Part shown: positions 48,799 through 63,863 of the stretch, piece after piece
Layout of the letters: every line of letters starts with the position of its first letter
How positions within the stretch are numbered: the first letter of the stretch is position 1
NCBI RefSeq assembly: GCF_032444005.1
Contig: NC_091286.1
Location: forward strand, 578,708,001-578,772,000
DNA from: Ranitomeya imitator
Taxonomy: Eukaryota
Direction of reading: 5' to 3'
Length of the DNA: 64,000 bases
Notes under the pieces: generated by a model
Database searches by the model: none
What the model was told of the DNA's origin: nothing
What the model saw: only the letters and a program-made list of their open reading frames with translations
Translations under genes and position numbers: made by a program

Positions 48799-51700
48799 CT
48801 AGGACGAGAAAGAGAAGGAGTTAACACAAGGCACAGATTAGGGGCAAAACAACTGAGAAAAGGAAGTCCTGAACAATCTTCTTAAGTAAACAATGGAGCC
48901 CTTCAAAAGGTCTTATTACATGATGTGATGATCAATGCAGGGAGCAAATAAACAGCAACATGTGGCTTTTCTTATGCAAGCAAAGGGGTCTATTCATAGG
49001 GAGCCGTAAGAAGCACATTTGGTATACTGCACAAAAACAACTCCGGTAATACCGAACCTCAGACTTACCATAGACGGCTAAGACGAACTATTACAATGTA
49101 ACCATTTATTCCTGAGCCAACACTGATGAAAAATGCTTTTTTTTTTTTTTTTTTAAACTAATCATTTCGGAACTTGACAACTTTAGGATTGAGCAATTCA
49201 CCTCCAAAGTCCTAGAGAGCCCCACTTTATAATGTCCTTGCTCCTAGCATTTTGCACAACAGATGTAAAAATCTATAAAAATTGCTTAGAACAGCATGTA
49301 CTGTACCTCACCCCGCTAATGTAAGCACCGTATAGTAAACCCGTCATCTGGTCCCAATACAGAAAGTAGCATGCAATTGTGTATATATCCAAGGTGCAAT
49401 CCATTACTCCAACAACGGCTTTTCTGTTTGATCTCTACCATTAAAAGCTTCTGGTCTGAAGACAAAGTGAGCAAATATTATTCTGTGTTTTAGACGGAGG
49501 AGATAAAGGTTTAGTCTGCTGTGGAAATACCCATTGTCAGCGTACCCCCATTAGGGCATTCTGAGTTAACAGAAAGGAGCTTGGTTTTTTTGGCCACCGC
49601 CAAGAATTAGCAGAAGCTACAAACAAATAAAGTTGCATTTTCTGGTGGAGAAGCATAGACTACTCTAGTTTTACAGAGCAGAATGGTGCAGCTTAGGACA
49701 GGATTCTCCTGCATGAGACCATAATCCAGAGAATTAGCAGAAGCTACAAACAAATTACGGTAAGTTACATTTTCTGGTGGAGAAGCATAGACTACTCTAG
49801 TTTTACAGAGAAGAATGGTGCAGCTTAGGACAGGATTCTCCTGCATGAGACCATAATCTAGACGAAAGCATGAAGTTGCCCACATGACTGGTCCGATTAC
49901 TACAACAGCCGTTTTATATTGGCAGGTTTAGGTCACAAGAAGCTAAGAACTTAAAGACGATTTAGAAAGTTGCAAAATTTGGCATTTAGGACACAAGTAA
50001 AATCATTCAGCCCAGACATCTCAACACGCCTTTTTAGAAATAGGAAGCGCCATTCCCTTATTTCTGGCCAATCGTAGTGTTTGCACAGCTATCTGCTAAT
50101 CAACATTTTAAATCAAACTTTTATTACCAAGTCGTCTCCAGACTGAACTCCGTCCCACAAAGTTTTCCAACAACATCAGTCACAGAAAGAAAAAAACAGC
50201 AACACTACGCAAAATGTTCTACCTTTCATACACGGCAATGCGCAGAGGACTACGACGCGTACATTTATTACCGGGCTCATATGAAATAAATGGCAGATTA
50301 GGGATATTATCACATTATAACTGTGCCTCAGAAAAGGTGACTCGGGGTTTAGACTGTATGGAAAGCTCATTACGGATATTTTTTATGTCTGGACAGTAAA
50401 AAGGATTACAGGAGCGCAAAAAAAAGTATAAACGTCAGGAACTCCTGGAATCTAGACAAGATTCCACAAAGATCACTGGCCAACGCAAAAAAAAGGAAAA
50501 AAAGTCACACATAAAGGCTTACACAGATATTATGGGAATGATTTGTGTACCTACCTATGTAACAGAAAAAAAATGGTGTGGAAATCCGGACAGATTAACA
50601 CTCACTTTGTAACCGTTAACAGGCGCACTGCACAATATAACACATACTAGAGAACACGCTCCAAGAATAAGATTGGCACCAAGGTAGAAGCACCACGGTA
50701 GAAGGTTTGGAGTTTTTTTTAGCAGATCTTACTGATCTAGATGCAATCTACCAACAATCTTACGTCTGGGGTAACTGGCAAACCATCCACATGTTGGGGG
50801 AAGCAGTACCGTAATTGGACACATTAGATTTTAACAAGTCTAATCCTACTTTTCTAGAGTCAGAAGAAGTGTTTGAGGGTCTCCGCTGCTATAACCGTAG
50901 GAGTGGCGTGTACCACCATCTGACCTGAATGGGGACGTTTGTGGGGGAGTTGTAGCAGCATGCTGTTATTTGGCTACCCATAGCATGATCGCTTTGGTTT
51001 GCTAGGTTTTGCATTGTTGCCACCCATCATTTTGCAAAATGAAAAGATTGCATGTACTTGTATATGTTCTGTATTTACAAAATTCAATTTTTAGGAAGAA
51101 ATATAGGGGGAAGAAAAGAAAGGGTGTATAAATGAAGAGGAGGGTGCAATAATCTAATAATCCCAGGAGCAGAGATCAACGGACACAATGGCCTCCTCTT
51201 CATCAGTAGTGACATAGGAATCACCCCACGCACAAGCCTGCCGCTCCGTACTTTACCCTGCTGTCAGATGCCCAGGTGGCACCAAAATGCCCAGCTTCCC
51301 CAGTTATGAGTATCTGGCTTTAATTCTCATCCATGTGAATTCCTGCGGCGTTCTGTAGGGCATTAATTACATTTCTTTCTAATTGCACACAGGAAATTAC
51401 TGCAGGATACAGATAATTAGAGAATGGCTATATATATCCATATGTATTTTATGCATACGCAATGTAGCGAGGCTGAAGGCCTTTTATTAGAAGCGCAATT
51501 GATTGGACAATAGAAATACAATGTATATATGATGTGTCCAAACGACCATCGAGCCATAATCTTGGCTAAATGGGCATTCCACCAACAGAATGGACACTCC
51601 GCTATCAACACAGACATAAGACGGTTGATAGATCCCGTCGAGATCGGTAAGATCTCATGTCTATGGTCAGCTTCACAAATTAACGATTCTCCATGCCGCT

Positions 51701-52347
51701 TCTAGGGCCTGAACACTGACTAGATGCCTAGCTGTATGGCTCCATTCATAATCTATGCACCCGTGGCTCGGCACTCCCCCACTTATAACGTGTGATCGGT
51801 TGTGTCCAAACCACCAGTTTACAGTGAAAACTACTCTTACGCAAGAAGTAAGGCGTGAAAACCGGAGCATCTTCATAACACATCCAGTAGACAAGAAATC
51901 GCCCTGTTCATAATGGGAATACAGCCAGCTATGTCCAGCATTAATGTAGACAGCGCAGACCCTTATGAATCTGCTTCACAGCAAAGGTTTAAGTAAAATG
52001 GGAGGGAATGGGCGCTGGGGTCTTCAACACATTTCAGCTAAGGCTCCAAAAGTGAATTTCTGAAGTATAAACAGGACTGATTTTCTTGCAGCTACATAAA
52101 CACTGAGGTTTGGCTCTAAAACGTGACTAGGGATGATGGATATAGAGCTTTAGGAAGAGCCAGATCAGCTGAATATCAGAGATGGTACATAGGCATAAGA
52201 AAATAAGAGCAGAGCAAATAGAGGAGCATTACAGGGTCCACCTTGCTCCCCCTTCCCTTAGCAAAAAGGTGTATTCACACGCAGTGTGCCTACACATCTA
52301 ATCCTTGGAGAGACGCCAACGCAGAGTCCAACACATATCCTTGATAA

Positions 52348-53970
<1,623 letters not shown>

Positions 53971-54324
53971 CATATACTGGGAGAGGCTTTCATAAATGTG
54001 ATGCAGGACAGTGTTTCTGTGATAATGGGATACCCGCAGGTCAAACAACCTCTCATCATCCAAAGACATCAGGTCTTATTAAGATAGCATAAATGTAGAA
54101 TAATCAGTGATGCCATTTGTTTACATAGAGCACACACACATTAGGGTTAATTACAAAGGAAGACCAAGTATCTGCCACTCCTAACCCCCAAAGTTACTGT
54201 GTAGCCAAAACAGAATCAAGTTCATGCCCTTTAAATCAGGTAAGAGGAAGGATATCCCATAAATATAATGTTCTTTTATGGGGGTAAACATTAACTTAAA
54301 CTCTTTTACATGAAAACCACTTAC

Positions 54325-54520
54325 CGTATGTTCCTCTAATTGAGTGCAAACATCAAAGTCAGCAGGTGATGGCGCTCTCCCCATCACATCAGCAAAGTCA
54401 TGTGCAAATCCAGCACATCAAAGCTTCACAGATCAGATCGTTCTGGGGAGCGTTCCACTCTGCACTTGTAACTTTCATGAGAAAAACACCTTCAAAGAGA
54501 ATCTCGTCTACAAGAAGACC
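54325..54520 (-). other. Candidate alternative 5' exon of pid1 (CDS 54384-54325: MGRAPSPADFDVCTQLEEHT)
   Basis: Consensus donor ACG|gtaagt, phase 0 compatible with exon 2; ATG in good Kozak context; upstream in-frame stop; possible acceptor ggatttcag at 54521. No homology support. Confidence 0.35.
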
Positions 54521-54911
54521 CTGAAATCCGGCTACGGGAAGTGTGTGCTGAGTACATGGAGGGTCTCACCATGGGGAAAGTTGGAAATTGAAGCCCACAC
54601 ATAATACTAGAAACAATGATTAGACAGTCAGGGGTGTGAGCTCAGACTACTGGAAGAAACACAAAAGTCTACATTATTATTATAAAACAGACCCTCACCC
54701 AAATCCTACTTCCCATTTATTACGTTTGGTGGCTCTTTCTGCTGCGTTGCACCACCACAAGAAATGTATTTTGGCCAAGGACTGGAGTTCATTTCTTTAG
54801 CGACAAATTATGATAAAATTTGTCAGCTATAATCAGGCAAATGTTTCCTCCCCCGGTCCCCATCTACACTACAACCCTTTAAAAAAAAAAAAAAAAAATT
54901 AAAAATAAATA

Positions 54912-54917
<6 letters not shown>

Positions 54918-54953
<36 letters not shown>
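54918..54953. repeat. (AAT)n microsatellite
   Basis: Direct reading. Confidence 0.9.
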
Positions 54954-54954
<1 letters not shown>

Positions 54955-55151
54955 TAGCAGATTTGGCTGTGACTGGCTTACAAATGGCTAAACTTGCTAA
55001 ATTTTTGAGCAACCAAAATTAACGTGAAAATTTTGAAGCATGTCAAATAGTTTTATGCCAGAATTTGGAATCGGGGGTTTACGTAGTTTTAAAAGATCCA
55101 GTCATAAAGAATGACTATTTCCACTTGTAGAGCACAAGCAAAAATCCTTAA

Positions 55152-55508
55152 GGCTGTGTGCACACGTTGCAGATTTTTCACGTTTTTTTGCTATAAAAAC
55201 GCGAAAAAAACGCATACATTATACATCCCATCATTTAGAATGCATTCTGCAATTTTGTGCACATGATGCGTTTTTTTCCGTGAAAAAAACGCATCGCGGT
55301 AAAAATCGCAGCATGTTCATTAATTTAGCGTTTTTTTTTGCGGATTTCCCACTATATTATTGCATTGGGAACCTCCGGAAAAATCCGCCAAAAAAAGCAC
55401 CAAAAACGCGAGAAAAACGCACAAAAAACACATGCAGATTTCTTACAGAAAATATCCTGTTTTGCTCAGGAAATTTCTGCAAGAAATCCTGAACATGTGC
55501 ACATAGCC
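55152..55508. mobile_element. Tourist-like (PIF/Harbinger) MITE
   Basis: TAA TSD on both sides; TIRs GGCTGTGTGCACACGTT...CATGTGCACATAGCC. Confidence 0.88.
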
Positions 55509-56709
55509 TAAAACCGGAAGAAACACAAAACATTTCAGGCTCACGGACCATTTACGGTCCTCGATGACCTTTTATTGCCCCCAGCAGATTCCCAGGGACC
55601 GCAGTGCTTGGTCCAGCAGCTTTATTTTGATGGCCACCTGCTCATTTATTTCTACAGGTTCCTGTGAACCCGTGAACGTAGTGTTCACTACTGAGCACCG
55701 ACGCGCGTGCAATGAAAGATTACGTCCCGACACCAGCGCCAGGAAGCACCAAAAATCTCTGAAACCCTGCAAGTAATGCAGCACCAGAGCTTCTAATCTT
55801 TGGGGCTCACTGGCGGTCCACGTCTTGCAATGCAGCTGGGAATAGGAAACTTCATAAAAATGACGAGGGTTTTTATTTTTTTTTAAACCAAGATACATGG
55901 GAAACTATGTGATGAGGTCACTAGTTATTAGATAGTGGTGGGTGACCAAGCCATGGGTCCTCGAAGAAAGGATGCGAAGTCTCAAAGGAAATCAGGCGAA
56001 ACAGATTGTAACCTTCACCCCAGCTCCAGATAGCAAGTCCGGCTCATTTTCATATAATATTTCAGCAAGCCAGCGCATTTTCCATTAAGTATTTCAAAGA
56101 CGCATTTGAAGCAGAACATCTGTGCTGGGGATGACAGGAACAAGTCGGAGACCAAGGAGAAGGGTCACATCTGGAGAACACAGGAATGACATGGTCACAT
56201 ATCTGTTCAAAGGCATTTCCAAACTATTAACAGGACTGGAGCTTTGCAGGAGTAATAAAGAGAAGATGGAGATACGGGAGCGCTGGGCAGGATCATCTCA
56301 GCATCCGTGGTGCCATGTTGGCGGCCAGCAGATCATGCCACCATTGTACCAATGAGAAAGGATAATATTTATGGGCACTGCCGCCAGGAGCGTGGACTTT
56401 TAAAGCCAAGACGGATAGCTTCTTACTTTCACAGGCACATGTGTAGCAGCTGTATCGTGTTAACGACAAACCAAAGCCATCATGACATTGGAATGGAAAC
56501 CATTTCCACCGCCAGAAAGCACACCCAGCGAGCGGCACTATTCATCCCCGCATGGCGCTCATCTACAAGGATCACATGCCGAGTGTCCAGATATGGAAGC
56601 CACTGACATCATATTGCAGGGCATCACATACAATCACCGTGTAGACTTCACTGAGGTCTATGGAGGATTCTACCAACTAGTGACCAGCAGAGCTCTTCGT
56701 GACGGTGCC

Positions 56710-57527
56710 TGTTGTGAATTCTGTGGCCAAGCTCCCTCCTGTGGTCGTGAGTGGTACTTCGGCTGGTTCTGTCTATGAGCTTCCTTTGGTGGATGAGAGT
56801 GGTACTGCGGCTTCTGAGTTTCCTTCCTCAGGTGATGAGGTTAAGTCGTTAGGTGCTGCTCTATTTAACTCCACCTAGTGCTTTGATCCTGGCCTCCAGT
56901 CTATGTTCTAGTATTGGTCTTGCTTTCTCCGGGATCGTTCCTGTGGCCTGTCTATCCTGCATAAGCTAAGTTTTGCTTGTGTTATTTTTGTTTGCTATTT
57001 TTTCTGTCCAGCTTGCTATATTGGTTTTTCTTGCTTGCTGGAAGCTCTGGGACGCAGAGGGAGCACCTCCATACCGTTAGTCGGTACGGAGGGTCTTTTT
57101 GCCCCCTCTGCGTGGTGGTTTGTAGGGTTTTGTGTTGACCGCAAAGCAATCTTTCCTATCTTCGGTCTGTTCAGTAAGTTGGGCCTCACTTTGCTAAATA
57201 TTTCATCTCTGCGTTTGTATTTTCATCTCAACTCACAGTCATTATATGTGGGGGGCTGCCTTTTCCTTTGGGGTATTTCTCTGAGGCAAGGTAGGCTTAT
57301 TTTTCTTTCTTGGGGCTAGCTAGTTTCTCAGGCTGTGCTCGAGGTGCATAGGACTGGTCAGGAGCGCTCCACGGCTACCTCTAGTGTGGTGTGATAGGAT
57401 TAGGGATTGCGGTCAGCAGAGTTCCCACGTCTCAGAGCTCGTCCTATGTTTTTGGTAATTGTCAGGTCACTTTGTGTGCTCTGAACTTCAAGGTCCATTG
57501 TGGTTCTGAATCACCTTGTTCATAACA
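56710..57527 (+). mobile_element. Solo LTR (818 bp), related to the LTR at 52583
   Basis: TGTTGTGAA...TTCATAACA termini; 6-bp TSD GGTGCC at 56704-56709 and 57528-57533. Confidence 0.9.
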
Positions 57528-57884
57528 GGTGCCCTAATAATACAAACCTTCACCCCTCTATTGTCCTGCACCGCTCCCTGTTCTAACAGCACTTCTGCCA
57601 CTTTCATCTGATCCCAAGGATTGGCAGAAGTAGATCGCTGCATTCTGTAACAGCGGCACTAATCCGGCATGGTGGTCACCAGCTCATGGACTCAGGGGTT
57701 CTGTACTCAACCCTCTAGATGGATGTTGCACTAATATTGTAAGGGAACAAACGGCAAGCTGTAAATCAGAATTTTTAGACTATCCTAGGCCCCATTCACC
57801 TGACCATTAAGATCCTCCACTAACCGTGTAAGCCGACAAACACCAATACTGCCTTTTGACCTCCATCAGGTCAAAATACTGTAA

Positions 57885-58128
57885 GGGTTCATTCACACTT
57901 CCTTGTGAATGTTGGTGTGCTGCCTGATTTTTTTTTATCGGAGAGCACACAGACCCGCTGTGTACGTCCTATTCTGATCCTCAACATCGGATCAGTACAG
58001 AACAGGCTCTAAATTTTACTGACCCCATTCTGGGATCCGTCATTGTCTTGGATGTGAATGGACCGGTGAGACTCTACGGTCCGAGTGCTGGCCGATACTC
58101 AGACATGTCACTCATGTGTGATACACCC
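57885..58128. mobile_element. Tourist-like (PIF/Harbinger) MITE
   Basis: TAA TSD on both sides; TIRs GGGTTCATTCACAC...GTGTGATACACCC. Confidence 0.8.
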
Positions 58129-59015
58129 TAAGGGCGACGCACGGCACTGTCGGCCTATACTGTGGCACACGTTGCAGCTTCCATGAGCGCTACATATTTG
58201 GAGCTTTTTTGATTTATACATCAGATGGAAAGTCTTAAGTTTTTTTTAAGAGGATCCTGCTTAACAATCCAAAATAGAAAAACCCCTGAAGAATGGGCAG
58301 GTTACTTCCATTAACTACTTGTCGTTTTTGAAAACCTGAAGCATCTACAAAATGCTCAAAAGCCAGAACATATGAACCATAGGATATTTTTCCAAAGAAG
58401 TGAATGGGAATATATTTTTTTTTTACCATAGTGGACCCACTCAAAAGGGGGAAAAAAAAAAAAAGTAGTGTGAACTTAGACTTAGAAGGAAAAAAAAGCC
58501 TTACCCCTGTTTCACATCGCCCCAGAAATCACATGCTGGAGAGTTAGCAGCATCCCCTTACCATTGGCAGTCTATGAAGATGGTGTCATGGACGCTCCCT
58601 ATGATTAGTGCTGCTGCGGTGAGCCGGTAATCTCTCCTGGGGTGATGCTCGGAGACATCAAAGCCACTTCCTACACGACTTACATTCCTTCCACTAAGTG
58701 AGGAAGAGATAATACTACAGCCATGTACTAGTCAGAAAACACGTGAAGTTACAAAACCGCTCGGAAATCGAGGACATGGAAACTTTCTTTTCAGGTTTTT
58801 AGGCAGTTTTCAGAATGGACCTTCTCCAAACCCACCAGAAAAAATACCTGTGTGAAGTATTTTAATATTTAGTTTGTAAGAGTTTTTTTGCAAAAAAAAA
58901 AAACAAAAAAACAAAAACACATTTTTTGATTGGTGTGATGGTCTGATTGTTATCTGGCTGTATTCCGTGTCCGTTTTTACCATTCATGGGTCATTCATGT
59001 TCCTAGTATCTAAAA

Positions 59016-59023
<8 letters not shown>

Positions 59024-59083
<60 letters not shown>
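59024..59083. repeat. (TA)n microsatellite
   Basis: Direct reading. Confidence 0.95.
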
Positions 59084-59088
<5 letters not shown>

Positions 59089-59990
59089 AGAGCTTTCCCA
59101 TGCGTCAATGAAAAACGGATGGCATATAGATGTGCGGTCCGTTATTCACTAACCCATTCATGTGACGGGAGTTCTGTCAATAACAAGGACCAGAGAAGGA
59201 CGTGCCTGACAGCTGACCAATGGCGACGCCAGGTGTCGGACCCCACTGATCTGATACTGATAACTTATCCTTCGGTTATCAATATGTAGTTCTAAGGAAA
59301 ATCCCTTTAAAAGGGGTATTCCCATCTCCAAGATCCTGCCCCAATACATAGTAAGCGAAATAACAACAATAATAATAATAGCAAATACCTCTAATTAGAA
59401 ATGTAGTATAGTTCTGCTGATTCACCATGTCCATTTCCCATGAGCAAGGCATTACACTACCTTAGGTATGCATGGTTATGTGCACTGATATAATGGACAG
59501 TAAGTTGTTAGTGGTCATAACCATGGATACCTAAGCTACTGCAATGCCCTGCATATGGGGCAAGCAACATAGCGAATCAGAAGAACTATACTACATCTCT
59601 AATTGGAAGCATTTGCCAATATTATTACACCTACTACATATTGATCTAGTGTCTTGGAGCTGGGAATACCCCTGTAATAATCAGGGTACACTGGGCTTTA
59701 TTTATCAAAACCGTTTACAAGATAAACTGTCTGTTGTCCATGGCAACCAATCATTAATTAATTAAACTGCTCTGGGAAAAGAAAGCTGTGCTGTGATTGG
59801 TTGCTGTGGACAACAAAGTTGTGTTATATGTGCTTGGTGTGTGAAGTCAATATGGACTCTATGCGCTACTAAGAGGCTCCATATGTTACATAGTAACATA
59901 GTTAGTAAGGCCGAAAAAAGACATTTGTCCATCCAGTTCAGCCTATATTCCATCATAATAAATACCCAGATCTACGTCCTTCTACAGAAC

Positions 59991-62771
59991 CTAATAATTG
60001 TATGATACACTATTGTTCTGCTCCAGGAAGACATCCAGGCCTCTCTTGAACCCCTCGACTGAGTTCGCCATCACCACCTCCTCAGGCAAGCAATTCCAGA
60101 TTCTCACTGCCCTAACAGTAAAGAATCCTCTTCTATGTTGGTGGAAAAACCTTCTCTCCTCCAGACGCAAAGAATGCCCCCTTGTGCCCGTCACCTTCCT
60201 TGGTATAAACAGATCCTCAGCGAGATATTTGTATTGTCCCCTTATATACTTATACATGGTTATTAGATCGCCCCTCAGTCGTCTTTTTTCTAGACTAAAT
60301 AATCCTAATTTCGCTAATCTATCTGGGTATTGTAGTTCTCCCATCCCCTTTATTAATTTTGTTGCCCTCCTTTGTACTCTCTCTAGTTCCATTATATCCT
60401 TCCTGAGCACCGGTGCCCAAAACTGGACACAGTACTCCATGTGCGGTCTAACTAGGGATTTGTACAGAGGCAGTATAATGCTCTCATCATGTGTATCCAG
60501 ACCTCTTTTAATGCACCCCATGATCCTGTTTGCCTTGGCAGCTGCTGCCTGGCACTGGCTGCTCCAGGTAAGTTTATCATTAACTAGGATCCCCAAGTCC
60601 TTCTCCCTGTCAGATTTACCCAGTGGTTTCCCGTTCAGGGTGTAATGGTGATATTGATTCCCTCTTCCCATGTGTATAACCTTACATTTATCATTGTTAA
60701 ACCTCATCTGCCACCTTTCAGCCCAAGTTTCCAACTTATCCAGATCCATCTGTAGCAGAATACTATCTTCTCTTGTATTAACTGCTTTACATAGTTTTGT
60801 ATCATCTGCAAATATCGATATTTTACTGTGTAAACCTTCTACCAGATCATTAATGAATATGTTGAAGAGAACAGGTCCCAATACTGACCCCTGCGGTACC
60901 CCACTGGTCACAGCGACCCAGTTAGAGACTATACCATTTATAACCACCCTCTGCTTTCTATCACTAAGCCAGTTACTAACCCATTTACACACATTTTCCC
61001 CCAGACCAAGCATTCTCATTTTGTGTACCAACCTCTTGTGCGGCACGGTATCAAACGCTTTGGAAAAATCGAGATATACCACGTCCAATGACTCACCGTG
61101 GTCCAGTCTATAGCTTACCTCTTCATAAAAACTGATTAGATTGGTTTGACAGGAGCGATTTCTCATAAACCCATGCTGATATGGAGTTAAACAGTTATTC
61201 TCATTGAGATAATCCAGAATAACATCCCTCAGAAACCCTTCAAATATTTTACCAACAATAGAGGTTAGACTTACTGGCCTATAATTTCCAGGTTCACTTT
61301 TAGAGCCCTTTTTGAATATTGGCACCACATTTGCTATGCGCCAGTCCTGCGGAACAGACCCTGTCGCTATAGAGTCACTAAAAATAAGAAATAATGGTTT
61401 ATCTATTACATTACTTAGTTCTCTTAGTACTCGTGGGTGTATGCCATCCGGACCCGGAGATTTATCTATTTTAATCTTATTTAGCCGGTTTCGCACCTCT
61501 TCTTGGGTTAGATTGGTGACCCTTAATATAGGGTTTTCATTGTTTCTTGGGATTTCACCTAGCATTTCATTTTCCACCGTGAATACCGTGGAGAAGAAGG
61601 TGTTTAATATGTTAGCTTTTTCCTCGTCATCTACAACCATTCTTTCCTCACTATTTTTTAAGGGGCCTACATTTTCAGTTTTTATTCTTTTACTATTGAT
61701 ATAGTTGAAGAACAGTTTGGGATTAGTTTTACTCTCCTTAGCAATGTGCTTCTCTGTTTTCTTTTTGGCAGCTTTAATTAGTTTTTTAGATAAAGTATTT
61801 TTCTCCCTATAGTTTTTTAGAGCTTCAATGGTGCCATCCTGCTTTAGTAGTGCAAATGCTTTCTTTTTACTGTTAATTGCCTGTCTTACTTCTTTGTTTA
61901 GCCACATTGGGTTTTTCCTATTTCTAGTCCTTTTATTCCCACAAGGTATAAACCGCTTACACTGCCTATTTAGGATGTTCTTAAACATTTCCCATTTATT
62001 ATCTGTATTCTCATTTCTGAGGATATTGTCCCAGTCTACCAGATTAAGGGCATCTCTAAGCTGTTCAAACTTTGCCTTCCTAAAGTTCAATGTTTTTGTG
62101 ACTCCCTGACAAGTCCCCCTAGTGAAAGACAGGTGAAACTGCACAATATTGTGGTCGCTATTTCCTAAATGCCCAACCACCTGCAGATTTGTTATTCTGT
62201 CAGGTCTATTAGATAGTATTAGGTCTAAAAGTGCTGCTCCTCTGGTTGGATTCTGCACCAATTGTGAAAGATAATTTTTCTTGGTTATTAGCAGAAACCT
62301 GTTGCCTTTATGGGTTTCACAGGTTTCTGTTTCCCAGTTAATATCCGGGTAGTTAAAGTCCCCCATAACCAGGACCTCATTATGGGTTGCAGCTTCATCT
62401 ATCTGCTTTAGAAGTAGACTTTCCATGCTTTCTGTTATATTTGGGGGTTTGTAACAGACCCCAATGAGAATTTTGTTACCATTTTTCCCTCCATGAATTT
62501 CAACCCATATGGACTCGACATCCTCATTCCCTTCGCTAATATCCTCCCTTAAAGTGGACTTTAGACAAGATTTTACATAGAGACAAACCCCTCCTCCTCT
62601 CCGATTTTTACGATCCTTTCTAAACAGACTGTAACCCTGTAAGTTAACTGCCCAGTCATAGCTTTCATCTAACCATGTCTCGGTTATTCCCACTATGTCA
62701 AAGTTACCTGTAGATATTTCTGCTTCTAGTTCTTCCATCTTGTTTGTCAGGCTTCTGGCGTTTGCGAGCAT
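59991..62771 (-). CDS. CR1 ORF2: APE endonuclease + reverse transcriptase, uninterrupted 926 aa
   Basis: NARSL, GITETW, GVCYKPP, MGDFN, SDH (APE); YRPVSLTS, YLDFSKAFD, GVPQGSVLGP, FADD (RT). Confidence 0.97.
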   Translation of the reverse strand: MLANARSLTNKMEELEAEISTGNFDIVGITETWLDESYDWAVNLQGYSLFRKDRKNRRGGGVCLYVKSCLKSTLREDISEGNEDVESIWVEIHGGKNGNKILIGVCYKPPNITESMESLLLKQIDEAATHNEVLVMGDFNYPDINWETETCETHKGNRFLLITKKNYLSQLVQNPTRGAALLDLILSNRPDRITNLQVVGHLGNSDHNIVQFHLSFTRGTCQGVTKTLNFRKAKFEQLRDALNLVDWDNILRNENTDNKWEMFKNILNRQCKRFIPCGNKRTRNRKNPMWLNKEVRQAINSKKKAFALLKQDGTIEALKNYREKNTLSKKLIKAAKKKTEKHIAKESKTNPKLFFNYINSKRIKTENVGPLKNSEERMVVDDEEKANILNTFFSTVFTVENEMLGEIPRNNENPILRVTNLTQEEVRNRLNKIKIDKSPGPDGIHPRVLRELSNVIDKPLFLIFSDSIATGSVPQDWRIANVVPIFKKGSKSEPGNYRPVSLTSIVGKIFEGFLRDVILDYLNENNCLTPYQHGFMRNRSCQTNLISFYEEVSYRLDHGESLDVVYLDFSKAFDTVPHKRLVHKMRMLGLGENVCKWVSNWLSDRKQRVVINGIVSNWVAVTSGVPQGSVLGPVLFNIFINDLVEGLHSKISIFADDTKLCKAVNTREDSILLQMDLDKLETWAERWQMRFNNDKCKVIHMGRGNQYHHYTLNGKPLGKSDREKDLGILVNDKLTWSSQCQAAAAKANRIMGCIKRGLDTHDESIILPLYKSLVRPHMEYCVQFWAPVLRKDIMELERVQRRATKLIKGMGELQYPDRLAKLGLFSLEKRRLRGDLITMYKYIRGQYKYLAEDLFIPRKVTGTRGHSLRLEERRFFHQHRRGFFTVRAVRIWNCLPEEVVMANSVEGFKRGLDVFLEQNNSVSYNY

Positions 62772-62908
62772 GCAGTTTAGAGGATTTTGTTTTGTTCCAA
62801 TCTCCTCACTGTGAATTGTTTTAGAAATGTTCTTACCTCCCTTCTGAGTATGTTTTCCTGGGTCGTCTTTGTTCGAGTCTAATGTTTTTCTTCCCGTCCC
62901 CTCTTCTT

Positions 62909-63863
62909 CTAGTTTAACGCCCTCCTGATGAGTGTAGCGAGTCTTCTGGCGAATGTGTGTTTCCCAGGTTTGTTGAGGTGTAGTCCGTCTCTGGCGAGGA
63001 GTCCATCATACCAGTAATTCACACCGTGGTCCAGGAATCCAAATCCTTGTTGTCTGCACCATCGTCTTAGCCAGTTGTTTGCATCAAGGATCCTGTTCCA
63101 TCTCCTGGTGCCATGCCCGTCTACTGGAAGGATAGAAGAAAAAACTACCTGTGCATCCAGTTCCTTTACTTTCTTCCCCAACTCTTCAAAGTCCTTGCAG
63201 ATTGTCGGTAGGTCCTTCCTTGCCGTGTCATTGGTGCCCAACATGTATCAGAAGAAATGGGTGGACGTCCTTGGAGCTGAAGAGCTTTGGTATCCTATCG
63301 GTCACATCCTTGATCATCGCACCTGGAAGGCAGCATACTTCTCTTGCAGTTATGTCCAGTCTGCAGATGGCTGCTTCGGTGCCTCTCAGTAGTGAGTCTC
63401 CCACCACCACCACTCTTCGTTGCTTCTTGGCTGTACTTTTTGCTGTCACTTGTTGCTGTGTGCCCTTTTCTTTTTTGCTTGCTGGTATTGCTTCATTCTT
63501 AGGTGTGCCATCTTCATCCTCTACAAAGATTTGATATCGGTTCTTCAGTTGTGTGGTTGGTGATTTCTCCATGGTCTTCTTGCTTCTTTTGGTCACATGC
63601 TTCCACTCATCTGCTTTTGGAGGTTCTCTGACACTTTTTGCACCTTCTGTGACCAGTAGAGATGCTTCTGTTCTGTCTAGAAAGTCTTCATTCTCTTTGA
63701 TGAGTTTCAAAGTTGCTATTCTTTCTTCCAGACCCCGCACCTTTTCTTCTAAAAGGGCCACTAGTCTACACTTCTGACAGGTGAAATTGGATTCTTCTTC
63801 TGGTCGATCTGTGAACATGTAGCACATGCTGCAGCTCACCATGTAGGTTGTCACATCTGCCAT
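62909..63863 (-). pseudogene. CR1 ORF1: zinc finger/coiled coil + SGNH esterase domain, one +1 frameshift
   Basis: CSMC...CQKC, VVVGDSLLRG, LPGA, HVG|TND, DGLHLN. An extra base in CCC 63237-63239 splits HVGTND; removing it gives 317 aa plus stop. Confidence 0.9.

Noticed and set aside
54344-54604. 86-aa plus-strand ORF as an exon of a nested gene
   Set aside because: Non-ATG start, no recognised homology; the minus-strand donor is the better-supported signal.
59998-62109. Plus-strand ORFs of 93-215 aa
   Set aside because: Antisense shadows of CR1 ORF2.
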